From Candidatus Eiseniibacteriota bacterium (GTDB taxonomy: Bacteria; Arandabacterota; Arandabacteria; Arandabacterales; Arandabacteraceae): a stretch of 41,400 bases of DNA. How positions within the stretch are numbered: position 1 is the first letter of the stretch; the number at the start of each line of letters is the position of its first letter. Where the stretch lies: the NCBI GenBank assembly GCA_043810925.1, contig JBDRNT010000068.1, positions 1 to 41,400 on the forward strand. Direction: 5' to 3'. The translations under genes were made by a program, and so were the position numbers. Under the pieces are notes generated by a model. That model saw nothing but the letters and a program-made list of their open reading frames with translations. It ran no database searches and had not been told where the DNA came from. This document shows, piece after piece, positions 17,142 through 25,561 of this stretch.

Positions 17142-17345
17142 ATGGCTGTGTGCCCTTACCTGACCGGTCTCTGGACTTTTCGTTGCCTGGCAAGGGATGA
17201 TTTCGTCATCCCGACGATAACCGAGGAAACGCGCTATTGCCTCGGCGAGCATCCGGAGCAATGCCCGCACTACCTGAGTGCCAACGGTGAGAGTCACCGC
17301 GCCGATCTTGTCACAAGGCGCTATCCCTGTGGTGAGGCTGGTTGA
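17142..17345 (+). CDS. Small Cys-rich hypothetical protein (67 aa)
   Basis: Strong SD AAGGAGGT; CPYL...C...YC...CPHY pattern. Confidence 0.7.
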   Translation: MAVCPYLTGLWTFRCLARDDFVIPTITEETRYCLGEHPEQCPHYLSANGESHRADLVTRRYPCGEAG

Positions 17346-17437
17346 CACCTGTAACCTGGTGTTGACACCAGCTTAGTACCGCGTGCAATAAGAAGGGGGC
17401 TCTTCGCGGGCACCTTTCTTGCCTTTAGGCGTGGCGC

Positions 17438-19813
17438 ATGTTGGAAGCGGCACGTCGACCATCACTCTTCATAATCAGTGCGCTGTGGCCGGGACTGCTG
17501 TTTGGCTACCGGCTTGGCCTCTGTCTTCCGGCTGTCATTGTGATTCTGGCGGGCCTTGGCGTGTGCCTCGCGGCTACGCCCCTTCGTCTCCGTCCGGTGT
17601 TTCTTGTTGCCGGGTTTTTCATGCTCGGGATTCTGCGGAGTCCGGAAGCGCAGTGGAATGCCCAGAGGTCGCCGGACCCTGGATCCATCGAGCGAAAGTT
17701 CCCGGTCATTGCCCGCGTCAAGACACCGCCCCTGGTCGGCGAATGTACCGATCGCGTGAGGGCACGGGTGTGTGAAGTCATTGCAGGCTACACCGGGATC
17801 ACCGGCAGCCATGTGTTTCTGAGGGGGCTTGAGAGTGTCACGAGACCCCGTGGAACCGGATTTACAGTGATTGGCAGGTTCCGGGCGTCGAGGCCGGGGC
17901 TCAATCCATACGCGCAAGACGGGCAGACACACAATCTCCGGCAGGGAGTCATCGGAGAGATCGATGTGGAGAACGTTGTCGAACAGCCACAAAAAGGCTC
18001 CCGTTCCGTGCTCACCGGTCTCCGCGAAAGTCTCACGAATCTCATAGCTGACTGCTCTGGGCCCGAGAGCCGCGGCATGCTCGAGGCTCTGCTTCTGGGG
18101 AGAAGATCGAACCTCAGTGCACGGCTTCGGACCCTGATGATCAAGACCGGGACGTATCATGTGCTGGCAATCTCGGGTTTGCATGTGGGAATCGTGGTGC
18201 TCGTTCTCACCTCGTTCTTAAGCGTGCTGCGACTGGGAAGGACCGGCCGGATCCTGGTGGCCCTGGTGTGTGTGTTCTGTTATGTGGTCTTTACAGGTGC
18301 ACGGCCGTCGGCCGAGCGGGCGTGGACACTTTTCATGCTTGTCGGCCTTGCGAAGCTGCTCCAGTGGAAGACGGATTACCCCAACTGCGTCTGCGCCGCT
18401 GGGACCGTGCTGCTTCTGGCCGCCCCGCACCTGGCATGGGATGTCGGCTTCAAACTCTCGCTCGGCGCCGTATTCGGGATAACCCTGCTCGTGCCGCAGC
18501 TCGGCGCGGGGATGACCCGTGCGGTCTCGAAACTCGACAAAGCCAGGAACTATGTCACGCTTGGGCTTGCCGCATCGTTTGCCGCCCAGGCATTCACACT
18601 CCCGGTGGTGCTCTACCATTTCGGACGCGTGTCATTGATGGGTCCGCTTGCCAATCTGGTGTTGCTCCCGCTGGTTACTTTGATTGTGGCATCAGGTCTG
18701 GAAGCGACAATAGCGATGCCGGTCTGTCATGGTCTGGCAAAGGTATTCATGCGGGGAGCGTCCAGCCTGGTCATGGTCCTCGTCATGACCGCCTCGGCAC
18801 TCACCCGTTTTGTGAATCCTCTCATTTATGCCGGGCGGCCGAGCACGATGAGGATAGTGGTCTATACCGGGGCGCTGGCGTATCTGTGTCTTGGGAAGCC
18901 CCGTATGGATAGAAGGCTTAAGGTCATCCTGCTCGTTTCGCTCTTTGTCTTTCTCACAGTCCCGTTTCCGGAGGGACGGGCCCGTCATTTGAGGATTGTG
19001 TTCTTCTACGTCGGCAACGGCGATGCCTGCCTGGTGGAAATGCCGGGGGGGAGGACCATGCTGATTGATGCCGGCGCCTGTGGCGAGACATTTGATGCGG
19101 GACTTACGTATCTCGATCCCTTTCTTGCCATCGAGGGACGGCGGAGGATTGACACTGTTGTTATCACCCATTCCCACAATGACCACTATGGCGGGCTGAC
19201 GTCGCTCATAGACGCGGTCGAGATAGGGGAGGTGCTGGTGGGTACGACACGGGGCGAAGAGCAGTATGAGGCCCTGCTCCGCGAAATGGTTAAGAGTGGT
19301 ATCGTGGTTAAGTCGATTGGAAGAGGGGATAGTCTTAAGTTCGAAGATGTCTTTATCGAGGTGCTTCATCCTTCGGAGCGTGACACCGACAGCGTCGCCG
19401 GCGATCCCAATGATCTTTCAGTGGTACTTCGTCTCACCTGCGGCAACCTGCGTGTTCTCTTTACCGGAGATGCGACCCCGGCGGTGCAGGGGAGGCTGGT
19501 CGCAGGCGGCGATGACCTCACGTGCGACATACTCAAGGTTCCCCATCACGGGGCCCCCGACGGTGTCGACACTGCCTTCGCGGACGCGCTGGGGGCGAGG
19601 GTCGCCGTGATCTCGGTTGGCTCGAGATTCAGCTCGCACCCGTGTCCGCGGACCATAAACCTGCTTGAGAACTCCGGTATGCGAACCTTCTCGACCTTAA
19701 CCGACGGGGCCGTCCTGGTCGTAAGCGACGGTGATTCTACAACAGTTGAGTGCCACGCCTCCGGCACCATAGAGGTGTTCGGGCCCAAGGTGTCGTTGCG
19801 AGGAACGCCGTGA
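17438..19813 (+). CDS. comEC: DNA internalization competence protein ComEC/Rec2
   Basis: HVLAISGLHVG, GFKLS, MBL domain VGNGDA, ITHSHNDHYGG, NDLSVV, LFTGD, LKVPHHG. Confidence 0.93.
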   Translation: MLEAARRPSLFIISALWPGLLFGYRLGLCLPAVIVILAGLGVCLAATPLRLRPVFLVAGFFMLGILRSPEAQWNAQRSPDPGSIERKFPVIARVKTPPLVGECTDRVRARVCEVIAGYTGITGSHVFLRGLESVTRPRGTGFTVIGRFRASRPGLNPYAQDGQTHNLRQGVIGEIDVENVVEQPQKGSRSVLTGLRESLTNLIADCSGPESRGMLEALLLGRRSNLSARLRTLMIKTGTYHVLAISGLHVGIVVLVLTSFLSVLRLGRTGRILVALVCVFCYVVFTGARPSAERAWTLFMLVGLAKLLQWKTDYPNCVCAAGTVLLLAAPHLAWDVGFKLSLGAVFGITLLVPQLGAGMTRAVSKLDKARNYVTLGLAASFAAQAFTLPVVLYHFGRVSLMGPLANLVLLPLVTLIVASGLEATIAMPVCHGLAKVFMRGASSLVMVLVMTASALTRFVNPLIYAGRPSTMRIVVYTGALAYLCLGKPRMDRRLKVILLVSLFVFLTVPFPEGRARHLRIVFFYVGNGDACLVEMPGGRTMLIDAGACGETFDAGLTYLDPFLAIEGRRRIDTVVITHSHNDHYGGLTSLIDAVEIGEVLVGTTRGEEQYEALLREMVKSGIVVKSIGRGDSLKFEDVFIEVLHPSERDTDSVAGDPNDLSVVLRLTCGNLRVLFTGDATPAVQGRLVAGGDDLTCDILKVPHHGAPDGVDTAFADALGARVAVISVGSRFSSHPCPRTINLLENSGMRTFSTLTDGAVLVVSDGDSTTVECHASGTIEVFGPKVSLRGTP

Positions 19814-19875
19814 CCTGGCAATCCGACACATGAAGGTGTCGTTGCGAGGCTTCGCAGGAGCCGTGGCAATCTCTA
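19788..19875 (-). repeat. Inverted copy of two units of the 8284-8370 repeat, overlapping the comEC 3' end
   Basis: Reverse complement reads TAGAGATTGCCACGGCTCCTGCGAAGCCTCGCAACGACACCTTCATGTGTCGGATTGCC...CCTCGCAACGACACC. Confidence 0.88.
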
Positions 19876-19909
19876 GAAATCACGACACTTCGCCCGCGGT
19901 GACATCATA

Positions 19910-19970
19910 GTGGCGTTGGGGTTCCGCCCCGACGATTCCCTTCACGTCGGATACGGAGCCCTGGCGCTAC
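19910..19970. repeat. Inverted pair of GTAG-type REP-like palindromes
   Basis: GTGG-CGTTGGGG-TTCCG-CCCCGACG ... CGTCGGATACGGAGCCCTGGCG-CTAC. Confidence 0.55.
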
Positions 19971-20088
19971 AGCGCTCTGATCGCAGGGGTTGCCGCGTTT
20001 GTGGTTGACGCGAAATAGGGGTGCTGATAATCTTCTGGCCGATGGCGTTTAGAAGGAGACCGTCCCACCTTGCAGGAGGTTCTTTGCA

Positions 20089-20754
20089 TTGTCACGGATA
20101 CGAATCGGTGTTCTAGCATCGGGGCGGGGATCCAATCTCCAGGCTATCATCGACTCGGTTAAGGCAGGAAGACTGGACGCCGAAGTCGCAGTCGTCGTAA
20201 GCGATGTGGAAGATGCTCACGCGCTTTGTCGTGCACGAAGCGCCGGTATCGAAGCACGCTATATCGACCCGGCACGGAAAGGGGCTCGGCTGAGCAAGGA
20301 AAGTGAACGCAAGGTGACCGAAGTCCTCGAGGAATTCCGGGTCGATCTAATCGCACTTGCAGGTTTCATGCGTATACTCAGGACTGATTTCGTCAGACAC
20401 TTCAGCGGTCGTATCATGAATATCCATCCGTCGCTGCTACCATCGTTTCCCGGTCTCAAGGTGCAGAAGAAGGCCCTCGAATACGGGGTCAAGTATTCGG
20501 GCTGCACGGTTCACTTCGTTGATGAGGGTGTGGATACGGGTCCCATAATAATCCAGGCAGCAGTGCCCGTTCTTGAAGGTGACACCGAAGAGTTGCTCTC
20601 AAACAGGATATTCAAGGAGGAACACCGGATCTACACGGAGGCTATGAGGCTGTTTGCGCAAGGCAGGCTCAGGATCGAAGGCAGAGTCGTGCGTATACTG
20701 CCGGAAAGGAGAAATGATGCAGGTGGTGACGAGTCTCGAGATCAGCGGGCTTGA
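20089..20754 (+). CDS. purN: Phosphoribosylglycinamide formyltransferase
   Basis: ASGRGSNLQA, LAGFMRIL, NIHPSLLPSFPG, GCTVHFVDEGVDTGPII. Confidence 0.97.
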   Translation: MSRIRIGVLASGRGSNLQAIIDSVKAGRLDAEVAVVVSDVEDAHALCRARSAGIEARYIDPARKGARLSKESERKVTEVLEEFRVDLIALAGFMRILRTDFVRHFSGRIMNIHPSLLPSFPGLKVQKKALEYGVKYSGCTVHFVDEGVDTGPIIIQAAVPVLEGDTEELLSNRIFKEEHRIYTEAMRLFAQGRLRIEGRVVRILPERRNDAGGDESRDQRA

Positions 20755-21607
20755 AGTTTTCTCGAAGGGCAAAGTCAGGGATGTATACGATCTCGGTGAG
20801 AACCTCCTCATAGTAGCTTCGGACAGGATCTCGGTGTTCGACATTGTCCTGCCGTCAGGAATTCCGGATAAGGGTAAGATACTCACTGCGCTGTCATCGT
20901 TCTGGTTCAAACACCTGGAGAACACATCGCAGCATCACCTGATTACTGACCGGGTTGAGGAGTTCCCCGATAGTGTCAAGATGTATCAGGATGTTTTGCG
21001 TCACAGGTCTATGCTTGTGAAGAAAGCAAGGAGGATGGATTTCGAGTGTATAGTGCGGGGCTATCTTGCGGGTTCAGCGTGGAAGGAGTACTCAGTCTCG
21101 GGTACCGTTGGAGGATGCAGTCTCCCCGAGGGCATAAAGGAAAACTCAAAGCTTGAAAAACCGCTGTTCACTCCTTCCACCAAGGCGGACGATGGTCACG
21201 ATCGAAACATAACGATCGACGAGATGCGCGCACTTGCCGGGTCTAAGCCCACTGAAGAGGTAATGGCCAGGAGTCTGCGGTTGTTTGAAGCGGCCAGCGC
21301 ATTTGCTGAGGCAAGAGGTGTGACGCTTCTCGACACTAAGTTTGAATTCGGGTACCTCGGCGATAAGATCATCCTGATAGACGAGGCGCTGACCCCCGAT
21401 TCTTCACGCTTCCTGGTCGAGGGGAGCGCTGGTTCGGAACCGGTAAACCTTGACAAGCAGTTTGTCCGCGATTTCGCTGAGGCTACGGGGTGGGACAAGA
21501 GCTCACAGCCGCCGGTGCTTCCAGGCGAAGTCGTTACCGAGTGCAGGAGGCGGTATCTCATGTTGTTTGAAAAACTGACGGGAGAGACGCCGCCATGGGC
21601 AAGATAG
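20714..21607 (+). CDS. purC: SAICAR synthetase
   Basis: GKVRDVY, ASDRISVFD, ECIVRGYLAGS, FTPSTKA, DTKFEFG, TPDSSRF; ATG at 20714 after AAGGAG. Confidence 0.96.
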   Translation: MMQVVTSLEISGLEVFSKGKVRDVYDLGENLLIVASDRISVFDIVLPSGIPDKGKILTALSSFWFKHLENTSQHHLITDRVEEFPDSVKMYQDVLRHRSMLVKKARRMDFECIVRGYLAGSAWKEYSVSGTVGGCSLPEGIKENSKLEKPLFTPSTKADDGHDRNITIDEMRALAGSKPTEEVMARSLRLFEAASAFAEARGVTLLDTKFEFGYLGDKIILIDEALTPDSSRFLVEGSAGSEPVNLDKQFVRDFAEATGWDKSSQPPVLPGEVVTECRRRYLMLFEKLTGETPPWAR

Positions 21608-23103
21608 AAACCGCGCTCATAAGCGTTGCAGATAAGAGTGACCTGATCGAATTCGCCCGTGGTCTATCAGGGCTTGGAGTCAGGATCCTGGCTACCGGAG
21701 GGACGGGACGCCATCTTAAGGAACAGGGCATCGAGGCAGCAGACATTTCCTCCGTCACAGGGAAGGTCGAGTTTCTGGGCGGACTTGTAAAGACCCTCCA
21801 TACGGCGATTCATGCCGGTATCCTCGCCGGCAGGGACAACGCATCCCACATGGAGGAGCTCGCCTCGCTGGGCTGGCAGAAGATAGACATGGTAGTCGTG
21901 AACTTCTACCCGCTTAAGGAAGGCACCGAAAAGCGGGACCTCTCCTTCATCGACATAGGCGGTCCCGCGATGGCAAGGGCGGCGGCGAAGAACTTCAGAT
22001 CGTGTGTCCCGGTGCCGGCTCCGTCATGGTACTCCCGCGTGCTTGATGAGATCAAGAAGGCGGGGGAGATCGGTGAGGATCTCCGCTGGGCACTTGCGAC
22101 GGATGTTCTGGCGCGGACCGGTGGGTATGACGCCCGGACCCTGGCTGCCGTGCCCGGGAGTCCCGAACGCGGCGCGACGCCTGACTCACTCCTGGTGGGT
22201 GCCGCCAAGGCGATCGATCTCAGGTACGGCGAGAACCCTCACCAGCAGGCCGCATTCTACTTTCCGGGCAATGATCCGGGCTTCGATGTCATAAAGGGGG
22301 CCCTCTCTTATAACAACCTGCTGGATGTCGACTGTTGTCTTGACCAACTCGCCGAATTCGAGGGCAGGGCGGCGGTTGTCGTTAAACATGTAGGGCCCTG
22401 CGGTACCGCCGAGGCCGAGACCGGGCCCGACGCGCTTGAATCAGCCTATGCCTGCGATCCGCTTTCGGCGTTTGGCGGAGTCATAGGCGTCAGTTTCACT
22501 TTTGATGACGAGTGTGCGGCCCTGCTGGCGAAGCGTTTCGTTGAGTGTATAGTCGCACCGAAGTTCGAAGAGCAGGCGCTTGAGCGCCTGCGGAAAAAGA
22601 AGCGGACGCGACTCGTCGTCAGCCGCGCCCGCAGGCGGGAGCCGCTTGTCTTAAGAACTGCGCTCGGAGGCATTCTGGCCCAGGCCCGCGATGACGTCCT
22701 TGTGGCGGGAGATCTTAAGTTCGTTACGGGTGAGACCCCGCCCCAGCCGGTTATCGACGATCTCATCTTCGCATGGAAGACGGTAAAACATGTGAAGTCA
22801 AATGCCATCGTCTTTGCCCGGTCGAAGCGGACGCTGGGTATAGGCGCAGGCCAGCCAAGCCGGGTTGACGCAACAAAGATAGCAATCAGGAAGGCCGGAG
22901 AAGCCGGTCATGACCTTGAGGGCGGCGTGATGGCAAGTGACGGTTTCTTCCCATTCCCTGACTGTATCGAACTTGCTGCTGAGGCCGGTGCCCGGGCGGC
23001 AGTCCAACCCGGTGGAAGCATCCGGGATGAAGAGGTCATCGAACGTGCGAAGGCTCTCGGCATCACAATGGCTCTAACTTCGACCAGACACTTCAGACAC
23101 TAG
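21595..23103 (+). CDS. purH: Bifunctional AICAR transformylase/IMP cyclohydrolase
   Basis: ALISVADK, VKTLH, IDIGGP, LRYGENPHQ, LSYNN, KHVKSNAI, SDGFFPF, QPGGSIRD, RHFRH. Confidence 0.96.
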   Translation: MGKIETALISVADKSDLIEFARGLSGLGVRILATGGTGRHLKEQGIEAADISSVTGKVEFLGGLVKTLHTAIHAGILAGRDNASHMEELASLGWQKIDMVVVNFYPLKEGTEKRDLSFIDIGGPAMARAAAKNFRSCVPVPAPSWYSRVLDEIKKAGEIGEDLRWALATDVLARTGGYDARTLAAVPGSPERGATPDSLLVGAAKAIDLRYGENPHQQAAFYFPGNDPGFDVIKGALSYNNLLDVDCCLDQLAEFEGRAAVVVKHVGPCGTAEAETGPDALESAYACDPLSAFGGVIGVSFTFDDECAALLAKRFVECIVAPKFEEQALERLRKKKRTRLVVSRARRREPLVLRTALGGILAQARDDVLVAGDLKFVTGETPPQPVIDDLIFAWKTVKHVKSNAIVFARSKRTLGIGAGQPSRVDATKIAIRKAGEAGHDLEGGVMASDGFFPFPDCIELAAEAGARAAVQPGGSIRDEEVIERAKALGITMALTSTRHFRH

Positions 23104-23120
23104 GACGGGATCGGCAACTG

Positions 23121-24659
23121 ATGAAACACGAGCATCACATCGTAGTCCTCGACTTCGGATCTCAGTACACCCAGCTGATAGCGCGGCGGATACGAGAGAT
23201 GGGTGTCTACTGTGAGATCGTACCCTACTGGTCGACCGTGAAGGAGATAGCTGCGAGGCATCCCAGGGGCATCATACTCTCTGGAGGACCACGGAGCGTT
23301 CACGAGAAGGACGCACCCATGCCTGCAAAAGGCATTTTCGATCTCGGCATGCCCGTACTGGGAATCTGTTACGGTCTCCAGGTGATCGCCAAGGTGTTCG
23401 GTGGCAAGGTGACGGCAACAGCCGGAGAGGAGTATGGTCCGCGTGTTGTCACCTCAGTAGGCCGGCACCGGCTCTTCACGGGCGTCAGGAAGCGCATAAG
23501 GGTGTGGATGAGTCACGCTGATTACGTTCAAGCCCTTCCGCGCGGATGGCGGGCGATCGCCGGGACCGAATCATGCCGGTACTGCGCCGTTCACAGTCCG
23601 GATGACCGGGTCTTCGGTCTCCAGTTCCATCCCGAAGTTTCGCACAGCGATGACGGTACCAAAGTGCTTCGGAACTTCGTATTTCGTATCTGCGGGGCAC
23701 GCAAGAACTGGAGCATGGAGTCTTTCGTCGAAAGTGCGGTGGAGAAGATAAAGGAGGAGGTGGGCGAGAATCCGGTCGTGTGTGCGCTGAGTGGAGGCGT
23801 CGATTCCTCGGTGGCCGCTTCGCTGGTCTCTCGTGCGGTGGGAGACCGGCTGACCGCGATATTCGTCGATAACGGCCTCCAGAGGAAGCATGAGGGTGAC
23901 GCCGTGCGAATGCTCTGCAAGGAATGCGGAATAAGGCTGAGGTATATCAAAGCCGCAGGCCGATTCCTCGCAAAACTCAGAGGCGTATCATCTCCGGAAC
24001 GAAAGCGCAGGTTGATCGGCCGTGAATTCATAAAGGTCTTTGAGGAGGCGGCGGTGCGGGAGGGAGGTGTGAAGTATCTCGTCCAGGGCACGCTCTACCC
24101 GGATGTGATTGAAAGCGTCTCGGTCAGGGGCCCTTCGTCTACTATAAAGAGCCACCACAACGTAGGCGGGCTGCCGCGGCGCATGAAACTGCGTCTGGTC
24201 GAACCGCTTCGGGAGCTCTTCAAGGACGAGGTGAGGGAGGTCGGAAAGATAATCGGGGTCCCCCCCGGGATACTTGCCAGACATCCGTTTCCCGGTCCCG
24301 GCCTTGCGGTCAGAATAATCGGCGAGGTCACCGGCGGAAGGTTGAGTATTTTAAGGGACGTGGATTGGATCTTCATAGATGAGATAGAGAAGGCAGGACT
24401 CTACTCAGAGATCTGGCAGGCCTTCGGGGTTCTGCTGCCCGTCAGGAGTGTAGGCGTGATGGGGGACAGACGAACATATGAGTTCGTTGTTGCGCTCCGG
24501 GCCGTTACGAGCAGGGACGGCATGACGGCCGACTGGGCGCGAATCCCGCCTCGCGTCCTTGAGAAGATCTCGGCGCGAATCGTCAATTCGGTAAGACGCG
24601 TTAACCGCGTGGTCTACGATGTTACGTCCAAACCGCCGGGTACTATTGAATGGGAATAG
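23121..24659 (+). CDS. guaA: GMP synthase (glutamine-hydrolysing)
   Basis: LDFGSQY, GICYG, QFHPEV, SGGVDS, IKSHHNVGGLP, SKPPGTIEWE. Confidence 0.98.
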   Translation: MKHEHHIVVLDFGSQYTQLIARRIREMGVYCEIVPYWSTVKEIAARHPRGIILSGGPRSVHEKDAPMPAKGIFDLGMPVLGICYGLQVIAKVFGGKVTATAGEEYGPRVVTSVGRHRLFTGVRKRIRVWMSHADYVQALPRGWRAIAGTESCRYCAVHSPDDRVFGLQFHPEVSHSDDGTKVLRNFVFRICGARKNWSMESFVESAVEKIKEEVGENPVVCALSGGVDSSVAASLVSRAVGDRLTAIFVDNGLQRKHEGDAVRMLCKECGIRLRYIKAAGRFLAKLRGVSSPERKRRLIGREFIKVFEEAAVREGGVKYLVQGTLYPDVIESVSVRGPSSTIKSHHNVGGLPRRMKLRLVEPLRELFKDEVREVGKIIGVPPGILARHPFPGPGLAVRIIGEVTGGRLSILRDVDWIFIDEIEKAGLYSEIWQAFGVLLPVRSVGVMGDRRTYEFVVALRAVTSRDGMTADWARIPPRVLEKISARIVNSVRRVNRVVYDVTSKPPGTIEWE

Positions 24660-24676
24660 ACAAGGCCTGACCCCAT

Positions 24677-24709
24677 AAGAGAAAGGGCAACCGCCCCGCT
24701 CGGCTGCCC
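24677..24709 (-). terminator. Intrinsic terminator of the minus-strand ncRNA (may also serve guaA)
   Basis: Minus strand GGGCAGCCG-loop-CGGTTGCCC followed by TTTCTCTT. Confidence 0.7.
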
Positions 24710-24712
24710 AGC

Positions 24713-24865
24713 ACTTTCAAGGAGTTCCCCGCAAACCGGACCGTGCCTCGTTCACTCTTGAACCCAGGGGCGCTAATAAGCGTCTGTCCATCGAGGATCG
24801 GTCCAAACAAGCGCGAAGTCACAACCCGTGCAGGGAACTCAGATCCGCTAGTTTGAAACGTCTTC
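24713..24865 (-). ncRNA. 6S RNA-like structured RNA (short form)
   Basis: Rod-like hairpin GAGUUCCCUGCA...GUGACUUCG...UUUGGACCGAU / GGGUUCAAGAG...CGAGGCAC...UGCGGGGAACUC. Several C-A mismatches on + become G-U pairs on -. Has its own promoter and terminator. Confidence 0.6.
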
Positions 24866-24876
24866 GCTAAATATAG

Positions 24877-24905
24877 TTAGTACACGTCCGGCCTATACAT
24901 GTCAA
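24877..24905 (-). promoter_or_regulatory. sigma70-type promoter for the ncRNA
   Basis: Minus strand TTGACA-17 nt-TACTAA with an upstream A-tract. Confidence 0.55.
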
Positions 24906-25144
24906 GCTTTTTTTGGAATATCTTATTCCCCGCAGGCCGCATGGAATATGGCTCCCGGGCTCTTCGCCGAGGATAGAGTCTCGACGCTATTGCAGGGCGG
25001 AGCGAAAAGTGCACCACCGTTCAGCCACCCGAAACGATCGAATCCGCATGAACGAGCTCTGCCGCGCGCCGTGCCCTGTGGAGCAGGCTCGATGGACCGG
25101 AATGAGGCCGGGACAATTAATGTACACAAGCACGTCTAATTCGC

Positions 25145-25173
25145 TTGACATAAGAACGCAATTATCGTAAAGT
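25145..25173 (+). promoter_or_regulatory. sigma70-type promoter for the cold-shock gene
   Basis: TTGACA-17 nt-TAAAGT. Confidence 0.65.
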
Positions 25174-25228
25174 CTTAGCGTAGTTGTGGCCCGTATTTGC
25201 TTTATGCAAGAAGGAGGGTAGTACCCAT

Positions 25229-25429
25229 ATGCCGCGTGGCAAGGTTAAATGGTTCAATGAAGCCAAGGGCTACGGCTTTATTGAACAGGAAGACGGGCCT
25301 GATGTGTTCGTGCACTATTCTGCTATTGAGGACCAGGGCTTCAAAACACTGTCCGAAGGACAGGAAGTCGAGTTCGAAGTTAAGCAGGGAGACAAGGGAC
25401 CACAGGCAACAAGAGTAGTCAAGTTGTAG
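25229..25429 (+). CDS. cspA: Cold-shock protein (CspA family)
   Basis: [44 protein letters not shown]. Confidence 0.97.
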   Translation: MPRGKVKWFNEAKGYGFIEQEDGPDVFVHYSAIEDQGFKTLSEGQEVEFEVKQGDKGPQATRVVKL

Positions 25430-25468
25430 GAGTTAGTCGTAATATAGACGATTTCTCAAGCAACGGCG

Positions 25469-25503
25469 AATCCCGGTTGGCAACCGCCGACCGGGATTTG
25501 TTA
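25469..25503 (+). terminator. Hairpin/terminator after the cold-shock gene
   Basis: AATCCCGGTTGGC-AACC-GCCGACCGGGATT followed by TGTTA. Confidence 0.6.
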
Positions 25504-25561
25504 TACTAGCTATTGCCCGCCAACTCCGCGTCTGATAGATTCACTAGCAGGATCGGAGACA

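Noticed and set aside
19876-20088. ZTP or purine riboswitch upstream of purN-purC-purH
   Set aside because: I could not find the conserved ZTP (GACUGGCG...CGCCUGGGC) or purine riboswitch cores; the hairpin present is better explained as a REP-like doublet.
20654-20713. Longer ORF-track starts for purC (also 301, 25184, 28939, 29508, 31691, 33976)
   Set aside because: Downstream ATGs have better SD sequences or gene-coupling overlaps and match the expected family N-termini.
24677-24865. SRP RNA, RNase P RNA, tmRNA or tRNA
   Set aside because: Lacks the SRP GGAA-tetraloop domain, the RNase P GAGGAAAGUCC motif, and tRNA-like T-loop/CCA ends.
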